Counted from the first letter of the whole stretch, positions 20,182 through 31,325 are shown. The stretch: DNA of 60,823 nt, filler included, from Globobulimina sp. (GCA_003354225.1; 17 parts of 17 records of this genome joined end to end with filler, not necessarily neighbours in it); one strand, 5' to 3'. Program-made: numbers and translations. The notes: generated by a model from the letters alone, not told the origin.

Positions 20182-21415
20182 TTATATAATCAATGTATTT
20201 TTGTGTACAGAATATAACCATAAAGCAATTAAACACATCGACATAATCACAAAAAATAATGTAATCATTAACATTAATGATTCTTTGGGAGACAACGTTT
20301 TTGTTTTTTTCGTAATGCCATTTATTTGTTGCTTATATCGTTTCTCTTTCCGTGATAAATGTTTATAACGCAATGACTCTCCTCCTTGTTCAAAATCAAA
20401 TTCTTCAACTTCTTGATGCGCCGCATATTCTTTACTATTTTTTTTCAATTCCTGATACTTTTTAGTCCATTTCATAATTTTAAATTTATTTTTATTCAAA
20501 AATTTAATATTCAATGCAATCTTCTCCAAAACAGATTTAATAATTCTTGTTTTTGATACCGGCAATTTTAAAATCAGCCCATTGTGCGAGCCAAAATAAT
20601 ACGAATACACTAAATTATAAATCGATTGTTTTGCAAAAGTGGAAGCCATACCAACTTGTCTGGGCGCGCCGCGCGACCGTCGTAGCAAATCATTCCATAC
20701 TTGTTCTCTCCCATAACATCGCCTCAACGATGCCATGCCATGTCCCTTCACATTCAATCGCACCGCATGCGACAATACAAAATCAACTGCGGCTTCTAAC
20801 AATTCTGCATTGGCGTACACTGCGCCAATTGCGCCTAATATCTGGGATTGAATCTCATTGTTTGCAGCGGTATAAATCGAAATTAATTCCTCAAAAATAA
20901 TCTCATTCTCAGTGCCACTGCCTTCCCCATTATGATAGGAAAGAGCCGCTTCCATTAACTGTTCGAGAATATTCTTATCAATGCTTTCGAAACAATCAAT
21001 ATATCCATCTGTATCCAGTTTAAATGGCAACACATTTGCTAAGATGTTGTAGCCGCCTTCAATAATCTCAACATCATCAAACCGCACCAAAGCTGATAAT
21101 AATAATGGCCGTAAGATAATAATTTCCCTATTTTGTTCATGCTCATTATTGCCATCCCCAAATCCATTAATTTTATGCCAAACTGGTCGTAACATATCAC
21201 GTCCAAAGGCTCGAAAATCTATCCGTAATTCACGTAATTTAGCATTTTTATTGTTATGCAATTCACAGAAAATATCATCAATAAATATCAACGAATCAAT
21301 CACCATTCGCCACAATAACGAATTAATTTGCGTCAAATCTATTTTCTCCACAATCTTTCGCAAAAATTCAATGTAATCGTCGCCAGAAATAAAATTATAG
21401 ATCTCAAGCCAGATG
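20182..21415 (-). CDS. M1 aminopeptidase C-terminal (ERAP1-C-like) region with C-terminal TM, 5'-partial
   Basis: LLW..VIDSL, LRPLLLSAL, FEELISIY, ILGAIG, DFVLS..VR and LEKIALNIKF helical pattern; hydrophobic C-terminus. Confidence 0.65.
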
Positions 21416-22498
21416 NNNNNNNNNNNNNNNNNNNNNNNNNNNNNNNNNNNNNNNNNNNNTTAATTAATTAANNNNNNNNNNNNNNNNNNNNNNNNNNNNN
21501 NNNNNNNNNNNNNNNTAACGTTGTCGAGACAGCCTCAGCCGAATTAGGGGACCGGTCAGGCACTGAGTTATAAAGAGACGAATAGGCATGACCCCAATTT
21601 CGACTCTAGTTACTGTCAGTATACCGACAACGTGTATTTTGGCCAACGACGGTTGATATTTGAACCAAAATACCTATCCGTAATATTTGTATAATGAAAT
21701 TAAAATCCATTTTATAATGAAAAGCATACGGCATTCAATCAAGTAAAAAGGTGTTAATTTGAAGGTTTTGTGTGTGAAAATGCTTTACATTTGACCTCTA
21801 GAGACAATATTAACTGATTACGCTATATATTTGTTATTGGTATCTGTTATGTCTATCAATTATTAATTTATGCAATCAATGTCATGATCAAAAGCACATC
21901 ATTTCAGGCATGATATTGTTGCTTATTATTATATGAAATATTATTATCATTGGCAACATGGATGATATACAAAAAGTTACCTTCAATCAAGGATAAATTC
22001 AGAAAAAACAAATCAAAAAATATAAATAAGTATGGAAACAAGAAAAAAGAAACAATTATAACATATTTCAATGTCAATTTAGGGATTCATTACTTTGTAA
22101 TAATATTATATTAAAATATATTGTCATTTTGTTTCTTTTCTTTTGAGCATTTTATATGCTGTCAGCCAATCTGTTTATATTTAATTTTAATTAGTGAATT
22201 TTTTGTGTTATGTATTGATTGGTTATGTTTTATATATTGTGATTGATTGTGTTGACGTTAATTTACTTCAAATTCAAATATGGATTTGGATAGAAAGAAA
22301 ATAATTAATTTCTAATTATGCATTTACACCGCCAGATTAATTGGAAAAAATTGTGGATTTATCCATATTTCACCAATATTTTGAAACTGCGTATCAATTT
22401 TGGTCGCATTAATTATGTCGATATTATTGTAATGATAAAAACATCAATGAAATAAATTAATGGTAAATTATTAAACATCTTTTTGTGATCCGAAGGAG

Positions 22499-22541
22499 AC
22501 TCGCACTTCGTGCTCGTGCCTGGCTCGCTTCGCTCGCCAGG
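22499..22541 (-). other. Tandem GC-rich GAA-loop DNA hairpins in AT-rich intergenic DNA
   Basis: Minus strand reads CCTGGC-GA-GC-GAA-GC-GA-GCCAGG and AC-GA-GCAC-GAA-GTGC-GA-GT. Confidence 0.65.
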
Positions 22542-22657
22542 AAAAAAAATGTGATGTCTCATCACAACCAACAGCCAGCCAGACACAACCAACCAATAAA
22601 AACAATAAAAATAATAAAAATACGCAAGTGAAACAATTGCAATTACAAAGGAGACAT

Positions 22658-23719
22658 ATGAACAACGACCGAAATTATAAAAGTATTTGGATGGACCGTT
22701 TATTGATCGATTATTTTAGCCGCAATTTATATTTTAAGACTGCCTATGCATTGATCGAAGATGACACCGGTGATAATTGCAATAATTCATTAAATATTCT
22801 ATCAAATATTCGTTTATATCACAAAATAAGAGAAGTATTAAATGCTATAAAAACTCGAAATTATCATATTATAATTAAATGGTGTCGAGCCAATAAAACC
22901 TTATTAAAAGACAAAAAAATCAAATCAAACTTAGAATTTATGGCAAAATGCCGATTTGTTGTTGAATTATTACGAAATGGAAACATTGAAAATGGCATAA
23001 AATATATTACAAATCAAATGAGCAAAGATTTAGAATGTGGTGGCTCGTATCGATGGAATCAAATTAATGAGTTATTTATTTGTTCGATGTATGTTCCAAT
23101 CGTATTCAATATAAAAAACAATACAAAATATGGCAAATTATTGAAGAATAAAAATAATAAAAAATATAAGAAAGAATATAAAAATGATTTAAAAAAGAAA
23201 ATACCGAAAAATGTTTATAAAATATTCTTTAAAGCGGCCTATTATTGGAAGAAAATCGAGATTGAATTTTGGAGAATATTCAAATTAATCTATGGATTAA
23301 ATAAATATTCAATGTTCGAGTATGTATTATCATCATCGTTACAAACCTTATTAACTCCATATTGTTATCATAAAGAATGGAAACATTTGAATTGCATTAC
23401 TTGCTTAAATGGGAGAAATAAATTAAGTCAATTAACGCATAAATCGCATTTACGAGGAATTGAATTCCCACATTCCTTTATTGTTTGTGACAGAATACAT
23501 TCCATTACGAATAGCAACTTAATAAATAATACATATAAAATCATCAAAGATTTTATGATAAATTATCAAGAGTCAATCACCATCAATTCAAATGTGAATG
23601 CTTTAATTACACCAAATGGCTCTATTATACATAAAGACTCCGCCAAAATACTGGTTGACACAAATAAATTCATTCAAAAGGACTTTGAGAAAATATTTCT
23701 TTATTATCATTTGTTTTAA
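22658..23719 (+). CDS. LisH/CTLH/CRA protein (MAEA/Gid9-like subunit of the CTLH E3 ligase); may have upstream exons
   Basis: DRLLIDYFSRNLYFKTAYAL (LisH), IIKWCRANKTLL, SNLEF, FVVELLR, SLQTLLTPYC, CITC and LITPNGSI. Confidence 0.78.
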   Translation: MNNDRNYKSIWMDRLLIDYFSRNLYFKTAYALIEDDTGDNCNNSLNILSNIRLYHKIREVLNAIKTRNYHIIIKWCRANKTLLKDKKIKSNLEFMAKCRFVVELLRNGNIENGIKYITNQMSKDLECGGSYRWNQINELFICSMYVPIVFNIKNNTKYGKLLKNKNNKKYKKEYKNDLKKKIPKNVYKIFFKAAYYWKKIEIEFWRIFKLIYGLNKYSMFEYVLSSSLQTLLTPYCYHKEWKHLNCITCLNGRNKLSQLTHKSHLRGIEFPHSFIVCDRIHSITNSNLINNTYKIIKDFMINYQESITINSNVNALITPNGSIIHKDSAKILVDTNKFIQKDFEKIFLYYHLF

Positions 23720-23907
23720 GTAAAACTTTAGCATCCTCGCACTGCACTCACTACAGTTTATAAAATACGGTTATTGGATAAGAAAAATACGACACATTAC
23801 AAGCACGACACAACATAACAAGCACACAAACAACAAAAGCGTCAGCACAAAAAAATAAATATATTATTTAGAACAATCCGGTGCAAAGGGTACAAAAACA
23901 CATGTAT

Positions 23908-24999
23908 TTATAACAAATATCCCATTTTTTTCATTTGCGATTTGATCAAATCTATTTGTACTTTTTGTATAATTCTTCCCACAGACTCCTTGTTCGTAGC
24001 GCAGGTAATATGGAAATACAAACTCCCTCTTTTCTTCTTGCGTTCTCTATTCAATCCATCATAAAATCTATGCGTAAATTGATCGCGAATATATTCTTTC
24101 ACTTTCAACGAATTATTTGCGTGCAACTCATTAAAATTCGGCTGATAAACAGTAAAAGGTACCGACAATATCTTGCTCTCGAAAATATCCACTTTATTAA
24201 AGAAAATGACCCAATCCGTGGTATCAAACACCGACTCATGCGAGGTCTTGGAGAATAATTCCAATGTCTCGTCCCAACAATTCCGCGTATTGTCTTCATA
24301 TAAATGCTGGTCATAGCCCGATAGGCTCATTATGTAGACCACCACGCTGATATTGTCAAACAGGCGCAGCCACTTTCTCCTCTCAGCGCGCTGTCCGCCG
24401 ACGTCAGTCACACTGAACTTATACTCTCCAAACTCAGTGTGGGCCAAAAAATCTTTCACGATGATGCCAGTGGTTTGGTCCCGGACTCGCACAAAGTCAT
24501 CAAAGGAGACCACGTAATGCGGATCGCACACAATCTCCAAGATCTTGTCCAAAAAATAAGGCGTGTTGTCCATGATATGGCTATTTCTGCGTTTGTCCCA
24601 TGTCAATTTCATGCCGGCGTCGTTCCATAACTTATTTATTTCAGAGGCTAATTCTAGGCTTAATTTGGAAGCGGGATCTTCTAAAATGAAGTGATTGGCC
24701 CAGGTACTGATTCTGTGGCAAATATCTATCAATTCGTGCGTGGATAATCTATATTCGTCGCCGGTGTCGCGTGCGTTTAACCGGATGTTGAATCGACATA
24801 AATCGTACATATCCACCAAGATATTGCGAAAGATGTCGTCTTTGGCGGATTGCAATTCTTTCTCATCGATGTCGCCGTTGTATAACTTGTCCATTTGCTT
24901 AAACACGGTGGTTTTGCCCGAACCGCCGGCGCCTAATAACAACATATTTAATGAGCGAGTTTGGGAATGTTCTTCCTGTTTTAATCTGCTATTTATTGC
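23908..24999 (-). CDS. Heterotrimeric G-protein alpha subunit, 5'-partial
   Basis: LLLGAGGSGKTT, RVRDQTTGI, DVGGQRAERRKW, FFNKVD and HITCATN. Confidence 0.96.
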   Translation of the reverse strand, partial: AINSRLKQEEHSQTRSLNMLLLGAGGSGKTTVFKQMDKLYNGDIDEKELQSAKDDIFRNILVDMYDLCRFNIRLNARDTGDEYRLSTHELIDICHRISTWANHFILEDPASKLSLELASEINKLWNDAGMKLTWDKRRNSHIMDNTPYFLDKILEIVCDPHYVVSFDDFVRVRDQTTGIIVKDFLAHTEFGEYKFSVTDVGGQRAERRKWLRLFDNISVVVYIMSLSGYDQHLYEDNTRNCWDETLELFSKTSHESVFDTTDWVIFFNKVDIFESKILSVPFTVYQPNFNELHANNSLKVKEYIRDQFTHRFYDGLNRERKKKRGSLYFHITCATNKESVGRIIQKVQIDLIKSQMKKMGYLL

Positions 25000-25099
25000 N
25001 NNNNNNNNNNNNNNNNNNNNNNNNNNNNNNNNNNNNNNNNNNNTTAATTAATTAANNNNNNNNNNNNNNNNNNNNNNNNNNNNNNNNNNNNNNNNNNNN

Positions 25100-27274
25100 A
25101 AGAAAGTGGATTGGTGGTCAGTTGGTGTTATAATGTTTGAGTGTTTGGTGGGATATTCACCTTTCCACGCAAACGATGCTCTGACCGCATGCAGTAACAT
25201 TATGCATTACGCTCAACATTTTAAAGTCCCAAACGATATAAAATTAACTCAGCATGCTATGGATTTAATGAATCGCTTAGTCTGTCCACTTGCGGACCGG
25301 ATAGATTTCGAAGGAATTGAACAACATTTATGGTTTAATGAAGTTAAATGGAACGACTTGAAAGCTCAGAAACCATCATATATTCCGAGGGTAAAATCTC
25401 AAGTTGATGCGTGTTCTTTTGATGATGTTGAAGAAGAACAGAGTCAACAGTCAGGGTTTTACACTGCAGCTGATGCACAAAATAGAGTTTGGGGATATAC
25501 CTTCAATAGAAATGAAGACTATGCACAATCGATCGGTTTAACCATTGGTGGTTCTAAAGATGTTAATAATTTTCGAGAATGCATTGAACAAAACATTATG
25601 CCGTCGGTTGCATCCATTACGTTTAACGGGTTATTATCTGAATATTTTTTTGATTCTAAAACTAGAAAATCTGTAATGAAAAAACTCAAACAAGAAGAAA
25701 AGCAAAAAGATGATGGTTCTACGTTATTTTACCCGAGTTATTGTTATGCAAAAGTTAAAAAATTGAGGTTTATGGAAGATGACATTTTTATTGCTGAGAA
25801 ACAGAGTGTGCTTCATTACCCAGCGCCAGTTACAAATATCGATAAAGACACGAATGAATATGAATATTATATGACTGTTGGATTGAACTCTAACATCAAA
25901 ATGAATGAGTTTAAGAGAAAGAATTTGAATTTAATTATCATTTTAGACAAATCTGGTTCAATGGGGCATGGTTTTAAATATGGCCAAACCAACACGAAAA
26001 TGACGATTGCGAATGAATGTGTTGTCAATTTATTAAAACATTTAACAAATAAAGATAGGTTTGCGTTGGTCACATTTGCCAACACTGCACAGATAGTGCA
26101 GGATTTAAAGTTTATGGCAAATATAAATGTAAAGGAATTGACTGACAAAATACTACAGATTTCCCCCGGAGGTGGCACTAATTTTGAATGTGTATATAAT
26201 ACAGCGATTAATTTATACGAATGGTTATTTAAAGCGCATGCCACATATAATAAATGTAATGATTATAGTAATCGTATTATTTTGTTGACAGATGCGCAGC
26301 CTACGGAGGGCAAAACAGATAAGAAAGCATTATTAAACATTGTTGAAACCTATTCTGAAAAGAAAATTAAAAATAGAATCTATACTACATTTGTCGGAGT
26401 CGGATTAGATTTTAATTCAACTTTAATTGAAATGATATCAGAGACACGAGGTTGTAACTATTATTCTGTTAAAAGTAGTCAAGATTTTCAAGATACAATG
26501 AATGAAGATTTTGAATATATGGTAACTCCTTTGGTTTTCAATGTTGTTTTGGTGTTAAAATGTGAAGGAAATGTATGTGAAATTGAGAAAGTTTATGGCT
26601 CCAATAATAAACAACAAGATAAGATTTTGGAAACAGGAGAAATCACAAAAATTCATACATTGTTTGCAGCAAAGAAAAGATCACGAAAAGAAGGTGGAGG
26701 CACAAAGGGCGGTATACAGTTAATTAAATTAAAGAAAGTAAGTAAAGATAATAATGAAATTGAGGGAAATATGAATGTTGAAATTGAGGTATCGTTTGAG
26801 GACAGAAATGGTAAAAAATATAAAAATATACAAAATGTTACATTTACGGCACCGAAATTAGGACATAAAGAGATGATTGATATGATTGAAAATGAGGAGG
26901 ATGAAGATAATAAACAAGAAGAAATTGATAATTTTTATGATAATATCGGGATTAGGAAAGGTATATTGTTGTGCAAATATGCTGAATTGGTTATTGAGTG
27001 GATCAAAAGTAATAAGAAACATAGGACAAAAGCATTAAGAATTAATGATAAATATAAAAAAATATTTGTTGATTTTTTGCAGCATTTTAAACGAGAAATA
27101 AAAAGATGTGGCGATAATGATTTAAAAAAAGAAATAATAGTTATGGAAAAATTAATTGATTTGCAAAGTAATGATCAGCATCAACAAGAAGAAGATGATG
27201 AAAATGAGGTTGAAGTGCAACCACAACAAGGTAATAGAATATGGGGATATACTTTTCACAGAAACGCTTTGTAA
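25100..27274 (+). CDS. NDR/LATS-type AGC kinase C-terminus fused to a VWA module, 5'-partial
   Basis: DWWSVGVIMFECLVGYSPF, AGC tail and WGYTF motif. Then IGGSKDVNNFRE, IILDKSGSM (MIDAS), GGGTNF, IILLTDA and FVGVGLDFN. Confidence 0.88.
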   Translation, partial: KKVDWWSVGVIMFECLVGYSPFHANDALTACSNIMHYAQHFKVPNDIKLTQHAMDLMNRLVCPLADRIDFEGIEQHLWFNEVKWNDLKAQKPSYIPRVKSQVDACSFDDVEEEQSQQSGFYTAADAQNRVWGYTFNRNEDYAQSIGLTIGGSKDVNNFRECIEQNIMPSVASITFNGLLSEYFFDSKTRKSVMKKLKQEEKQKDDGSTLFYPSYCYAKVKKLRFMEDDIFIAEKQSVLHYPAPVTNIDKDTNEYEYYMTVGLNSNIKMNEFKRKNLNLIIILDKSGSMGHGFKYGQTNTKMTIANECVVNLLKHLTNKDRFALVTFANTAQIVQDLKFMANINVKELTDKILQISPGGGTNFECVYNTAINLYEWLFKAHATYNKCNDYSNRIILLTDAQPTEGKTDKKALLNIVETYSEKKIKNRIYTTFVGVGLDFNSTLIEMISETRGCNYYSVKSSQDFQDTMNEDFEYMVTPLVFNVVLVLKCEGNVCEIEKVYGSNNKQQDKILETGEITKIHTLFAAKKRSRKEGGGTKGGIQLIKLKKVSKDNNEIEGNMNVEIEVSFEDRNGKKYKNIQNVTFTAPKLGHKEMIDMIENEEDEDNKQEEIDNFYDNIGIRKGILLCKYAELVIEWIKSNKKHRTKALRINDKYKKIFVDFLQHFKREIKRCGDNDLKKEIIVMEKLIDLQSNDQHQQEEDDENEVEVQPQQGNRIWGYTFHRNAL

Positions 27275-27546
27275 TAAAACATTCATTTTCCATGTTTTTA
27301 GCTTGCATTTTTTGTGCATTTTTTGTGGTTGACTGAAATCAAAAACTACTATGGAAATGCTGTTAGTTGATGCATTCATTCAAGAGATTGAAAACAAAAT
27401 AAGGTATGCTTTGCCTATGATTGCAAGTATAAAATAATATTTTTATGAATAATATTTTCGTAAAAATATAATAATAACGGAACATACAAATGTTTCAGAA
27501 GTCTCTATTATTGGATTGTGACGAACAAACACAAAACAACACAATA

Positions 27547-28583
27547 TTATTTTGTTTCTGTTTCTCTATCCTCCCATGGAATGGCCATATTTTTATCAAT
27601 GAGTATGGAGATTGAAAGTGTTGTACACATAACAAAAAACAGCGTAAATATGTATGCTGGAAAAGGACTAAATTTGCTATTTAATGACATCGACCACGTC
27701 CAGATAGCACCACCAGTGATAGGCCCAATACTTCTCACAAGCGACACAAATGCCTGTCCAATACCATTGACTCTGCCACAGTGTGATGGCGGTGTACTGT
27801 TATTCAAATAGCACAGCGTTGTTACATATATTAGCGATGATGCCGCAAATTTACTGCAATGCAATAAAGTCGATAACGTCATTAATAAATAAAAATTATT
27901 TGGATCACTATTTTTTAATAAACTGATTGCTGGCATTGCCGATACAATAAAAGCACACAGAATTGATCCTATTAATGTCAATGCTTTATATGGATAATTG
28001 TTTAAAAGATATGGTTGAACCAAAAATGTGAACAATAATATAACAGCACCACCAAATGCCATTATTACACCAATTTCCGTTGTATTGAATTCTAAACTTT
28101 GTGCAGTAAAAACTGGTATCAATATATTCCATAACATTGCAAACTGAAAATAAACAGCACAAACTGTAAATATATATATATATATAAATAGATATTACAC
28201 ACCATTTGATACAACATCATAACAATGAGTGTTGCGACCATTTTTGTTTTCGTAATTAAATCAAATAATGAATTTATTTCTATATCTCTGTTTTTGTACA
28301 GATTTCCATCGACCACTGCGTGTAATAATTTGTGTTGCGTTATTTATGACAAAAAAGTGAAAATTAAACTTGTTGGTTCGTAATAATAAGAAATAAATAT
28401 GATAGTTTATGTGGAAATATTATCACGTATTAAATTATAAACTGTATCGTATTTATTTCTATAACAATGGCAAATAAGTTATAATTACCTGGCGATGCAA
28501 TTTTATCAATGCTGTCATTGGGAAATACAGATTCTGCAGGCTTTAATAATGGAAACTGTCCAGCATTCGATGTTGAATAATAT
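27547..28583 (-). CDS. MFS transporter (ZIF/ZIFL-like) C-terminal half, spliced, 5'-partial
   Basis: Multiple TMs and LNNSTPPSHCGRVNGIGQAFVSLVRSIGPITGG. Upstream exons are separated by AT-rich introns. Confidence 0.8.
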
Positions 28584-28730
28584 NNNNNNNNNNNNNNNNN
28601 NNNNNNNNNNNNNNNNNNNNNNNNNNNTTAATTAATTAANNNNNNNNNNNNNNNNNNNNNNNNNNNNNNNNNNNNNNNNNNNNGATGTGTGTAATTAAAT
28701 AAAAATACTTAGAACATCGAAACAAAAAGC

Positions 28731-30407
28731 TCAAACTTTGTCTTTGTTGCACATATGTATGATCCGTTGGTATTCATTGATGAAATCATCATCGGTTTGA
28801 AATGTAACCGAGTGTGATTTGTTCCATTTTTGCAATTGTCGCGTTATTTGAATTGATTTTTGTGCTTTATTCATAGTGGTCCCCTTCCTATGATATACCG
28901 TGCCATTTAATGTCAAATTGAAACTTTGAAAAAACTTTGTTATTTTGTCGCTTGAGTCGTATTCAATATCATAGATCAATAAATTGTGCGATATATTGTG
29001 CGACTTAAAATATTGTAATATATCACAATGATAATCATACCATCCCTTTTTCCATTGCATTAAAATATCCTTTTCCTGCTGTATTCGATTTATGTGATTA
29101 TTATTATTATTATTCATGTAATCATACATATGATAATTGTCGATACGAAAGGATCCGTCCGAAGCTTGATGTGTATATTTTGATTTTAGCCAATGATTTA
29201 TATTCCTTATACTTAGTATATACTTTGAATTTGGATACTGTACATTCAATATCTTAAACCATGACACATTCCGAACAATGGTGCCATAATCACTGTAAAA
29301 TCTGTACCGAGCAATCAAATCTCCCAAAACAGGTTCATTCATCGCATACTTTGTGGTCATCAGTTCCCACAGGGAAATATCTATCGTATTTACTTTGTTC
29401 GCATTATTTGGGTCAAAATATAAATGAAAGTGAATTGAGGGAATCTCATTTGCTCTGAAAAAGTCAAACAATGAGCTTGTGCCACATTTATTAAATCCAG
29501 TTTGGAAAATATAAAATGGAAATTGATAAAATGGCGTCGTGTCTCGTGTGGGATAAATATGCTTAGTTTGGAGTTTGAATATTTTGATTTCAGTCTTCCA
29601 ATCTGGGAAATCGTGCATATTTATTTTGCCCGGATGATGGAAATAATTGCCAATTTTAAAATAATTTTTGAAACTCCAGTACTCCGTTGCATCGATGTTA
29701 AGATATCTTTTTGAATTTAAATATACGGACAACATGCCATTGTCGACAATGATGGTCGCTGTGAACTTGACGTCCGTTGCCATTGTACCCATGGAAATGG
29801 CCTTATTTTTCGAGAATGTCGCATTGTCCACAGTTTCGTTATTAAGTTTATAGAGAACTAACATTTCATTCGTATCGCTGTACCATTGTATAACAACTAA
29901 GGGCAATGCACGCGATGTACCGTGGATTTGTTGGATAACCGTCGAATATCTTGTATTCGACTGATTAGCTACAACATATTTGCTTGTATTGCATATCATC
30001 ATTGTTGCATTTTGATAATAATAGCCAGTATTTGTAATTTCGAATAAGTTATCATTTGCTAATTCTGTCCGTATTAATCTCGACGTCGTAGTGAGTGCGC
30101 CAACATTCGGACACATAAATACCATGCTTTTATCGCTCTCATTGTAATAAAAATATTGTGAGCTGTAGCCATCGATTAATTCGTCCGATTGATGATTAAT
30201 TGGCTGCTCTGGTACTTGAACGTGCCATTCTGATAAATCAAAATATTTACCTGGCGCATCATAGATTGAGTTATTAAATTTAGATATATACAGTTTCAGG
30301 AATGTAGTGTCATATGTATTTCTGGACATAAATAATAAAATAAGTACACCATTCGTTATTGCTGCAATTAATACAATTGCCATACACCACTTCGAGCAAG
30401 TCTTCAT
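28731..30407 (-). CDS. Type II membrane protein: PL7 alginate-lyase-like domain plus PAPS-dependent sulfotransferase domain
   Basis: N-terminal TM. PL7 motifs FDLSEW, RTEL, QQIHG and YFKIGNY. Sulfotransferase motifs IFQTGFNKCGTSSL (5'-PSB) and YPNSKYILSIRNINHWLKS (3'-PB). Confidence 0.85.
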   Translation of the reverse strand: MKTCSKWCMAIVLIAAITNGVLILLFMSRNTYDTTFLKLYISKFNNSIYDAPGKYFDLSEWHVQVPEQPINHQSDELIDGYSSQYFYYNESDKSMVFMCPNVGALTTTSRLIRTELANDNLFEITNTGYYYQNATMMICNTSKYVVANQSNTRYSTVIQQIHGTSRALPLVVIQWYSDTNEMLVLYKLNNETVDNATFSKNKAISMGTMATDVKFTATIIVDNGMLSVYLNSKRYLNIDATEYWSFKNYFKIGNYFHHPGKINMHDFPDWKTEIKIFKLQTKHIYPTRDTTPFYQFPFYIFQTGFNKCGTSSLFDFFRANEIPSIHFHLYFDPNNANKVNTIDISLWELMTTKYAMNEPVLGDLIARYRFYSDYGTIVRNVSWFKILNVQYPNSKYILSIRNINHWLKSKYTHQASDGSFRIDNYHMYDYMNNNNNNHINRIQQEKDILMQWKKGWYDYHCDILQYFKSHNISHNLLIYDIEYDSSDKITKFFQSFNLTLNGTVYHRKGTTMNKAQKSIQITRQLQKWNKSHSVTFQTDDDFINEYQRIIHMCNKDKV

Positions 30408-30669
30408 TCTGTTTTTATGGGTGTTTTGTGCTAGTTTCCCTTCATAAACAAACAAGCTTGAAAAACTTCAAAGTGTTTATGTAATCTCAAAATAAACTGT
30501 TCAAAAATCAACTTAAAAACTATTGTTCTGATTGAAAACACTTTTTTCATTTTATTTTTATTAAATGTCCGTTAATGAAATCAGTTGTCAGTTAATGAAA
30601 TCACTGAATTATGGAATAAATAAGAAACAATCCGCTTAAATTTATTATTTTTATCCTTGCACTGATTAT

Positions 30670-31254
30670 TTACCAAGCTACTCGTTGATTTTTTGTGTGA
30701 GATCCTTTACCAATGCCCTTTACTTTAACTTTATCCCCATATTCAACAATGTGTTGTTTCAAAGAAGATTTCAAATATTTTTTGTGCTGTTTTTTTCTCC
30801 GCAATCCTTCCTCTTTCTGCATTTTTTCCTCTTCCATTTGTTTTAAATGTTTTTTATAATGAATTTGTTGCAGACGCTGTTCATTGTTTGCATTAATTTT
30901 ATTTAATGCTTTTTTAAACCCTTTGTGTAACATTGAATCTTTTTGTTGCTTCCTATTTGAATCTAAAAACTCAATTTTATCATTTTTATTGTTTGATAGT
31001 TTATCTTCGATGTTAATTGAACATAATTTAATCTTTTTCTTTGATGGTTCTTTTATTTGTTCCTTTTCAATTGCATTATTTGAATCATTTGAATTATCCT
31101 TAATATCCGCATCAGTATCAATTTCCGATCGATTACGTTTCCTATTTTTGGTACCAGAATCGTTTGAATTGTGTTGATTATCATTATCAGAATCTTGCGA
31201 TTCTTCAGAATCTGAATAATGCACTAATTGAATTGACATTTTTATTATTTCCAA
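30670..31254 (-). CDS. Basic low-complexity hypothetical nuclear protein
   Basis: LVHYSDSEES start motif and Lys-rich NLS-like tracts. Confidence 0.6.
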   Translation of the reverse strand: MEIIKMSIQLVHYSDSEESQDSDNDNQHNSNDSGTKNRKRNRSEIDTDADIKDNSNDSNNAIEKEQIKEPSKKKIKLCSINIEDKLSNNKNDKIEFLDSNRKQQKDSMLHKGFKKALNKINANNEQRLQQIHYKKHLKQMEEEKMQKEEGLRRKKQHKKYLKSSLKQHIVEYGDKVKVKGIGKGSHTKNQRVAW

Positions 31255-31325
31255 TCATGAAAAAAAAGAGTAAAGCCGGTTAAACTGCAAGTTTTCAAAA
31301 TAAGTGTGCATGTAGCAAATGTCTG

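Noticed and set aside
22280-22470. Possible decayed LisH-like duplicate (YFETAYQ) upstream of the CTLH gene
   Set aside because: The similarity covers only a few residues in AT-rich DNA with stops and cannot be supported without an alignment.
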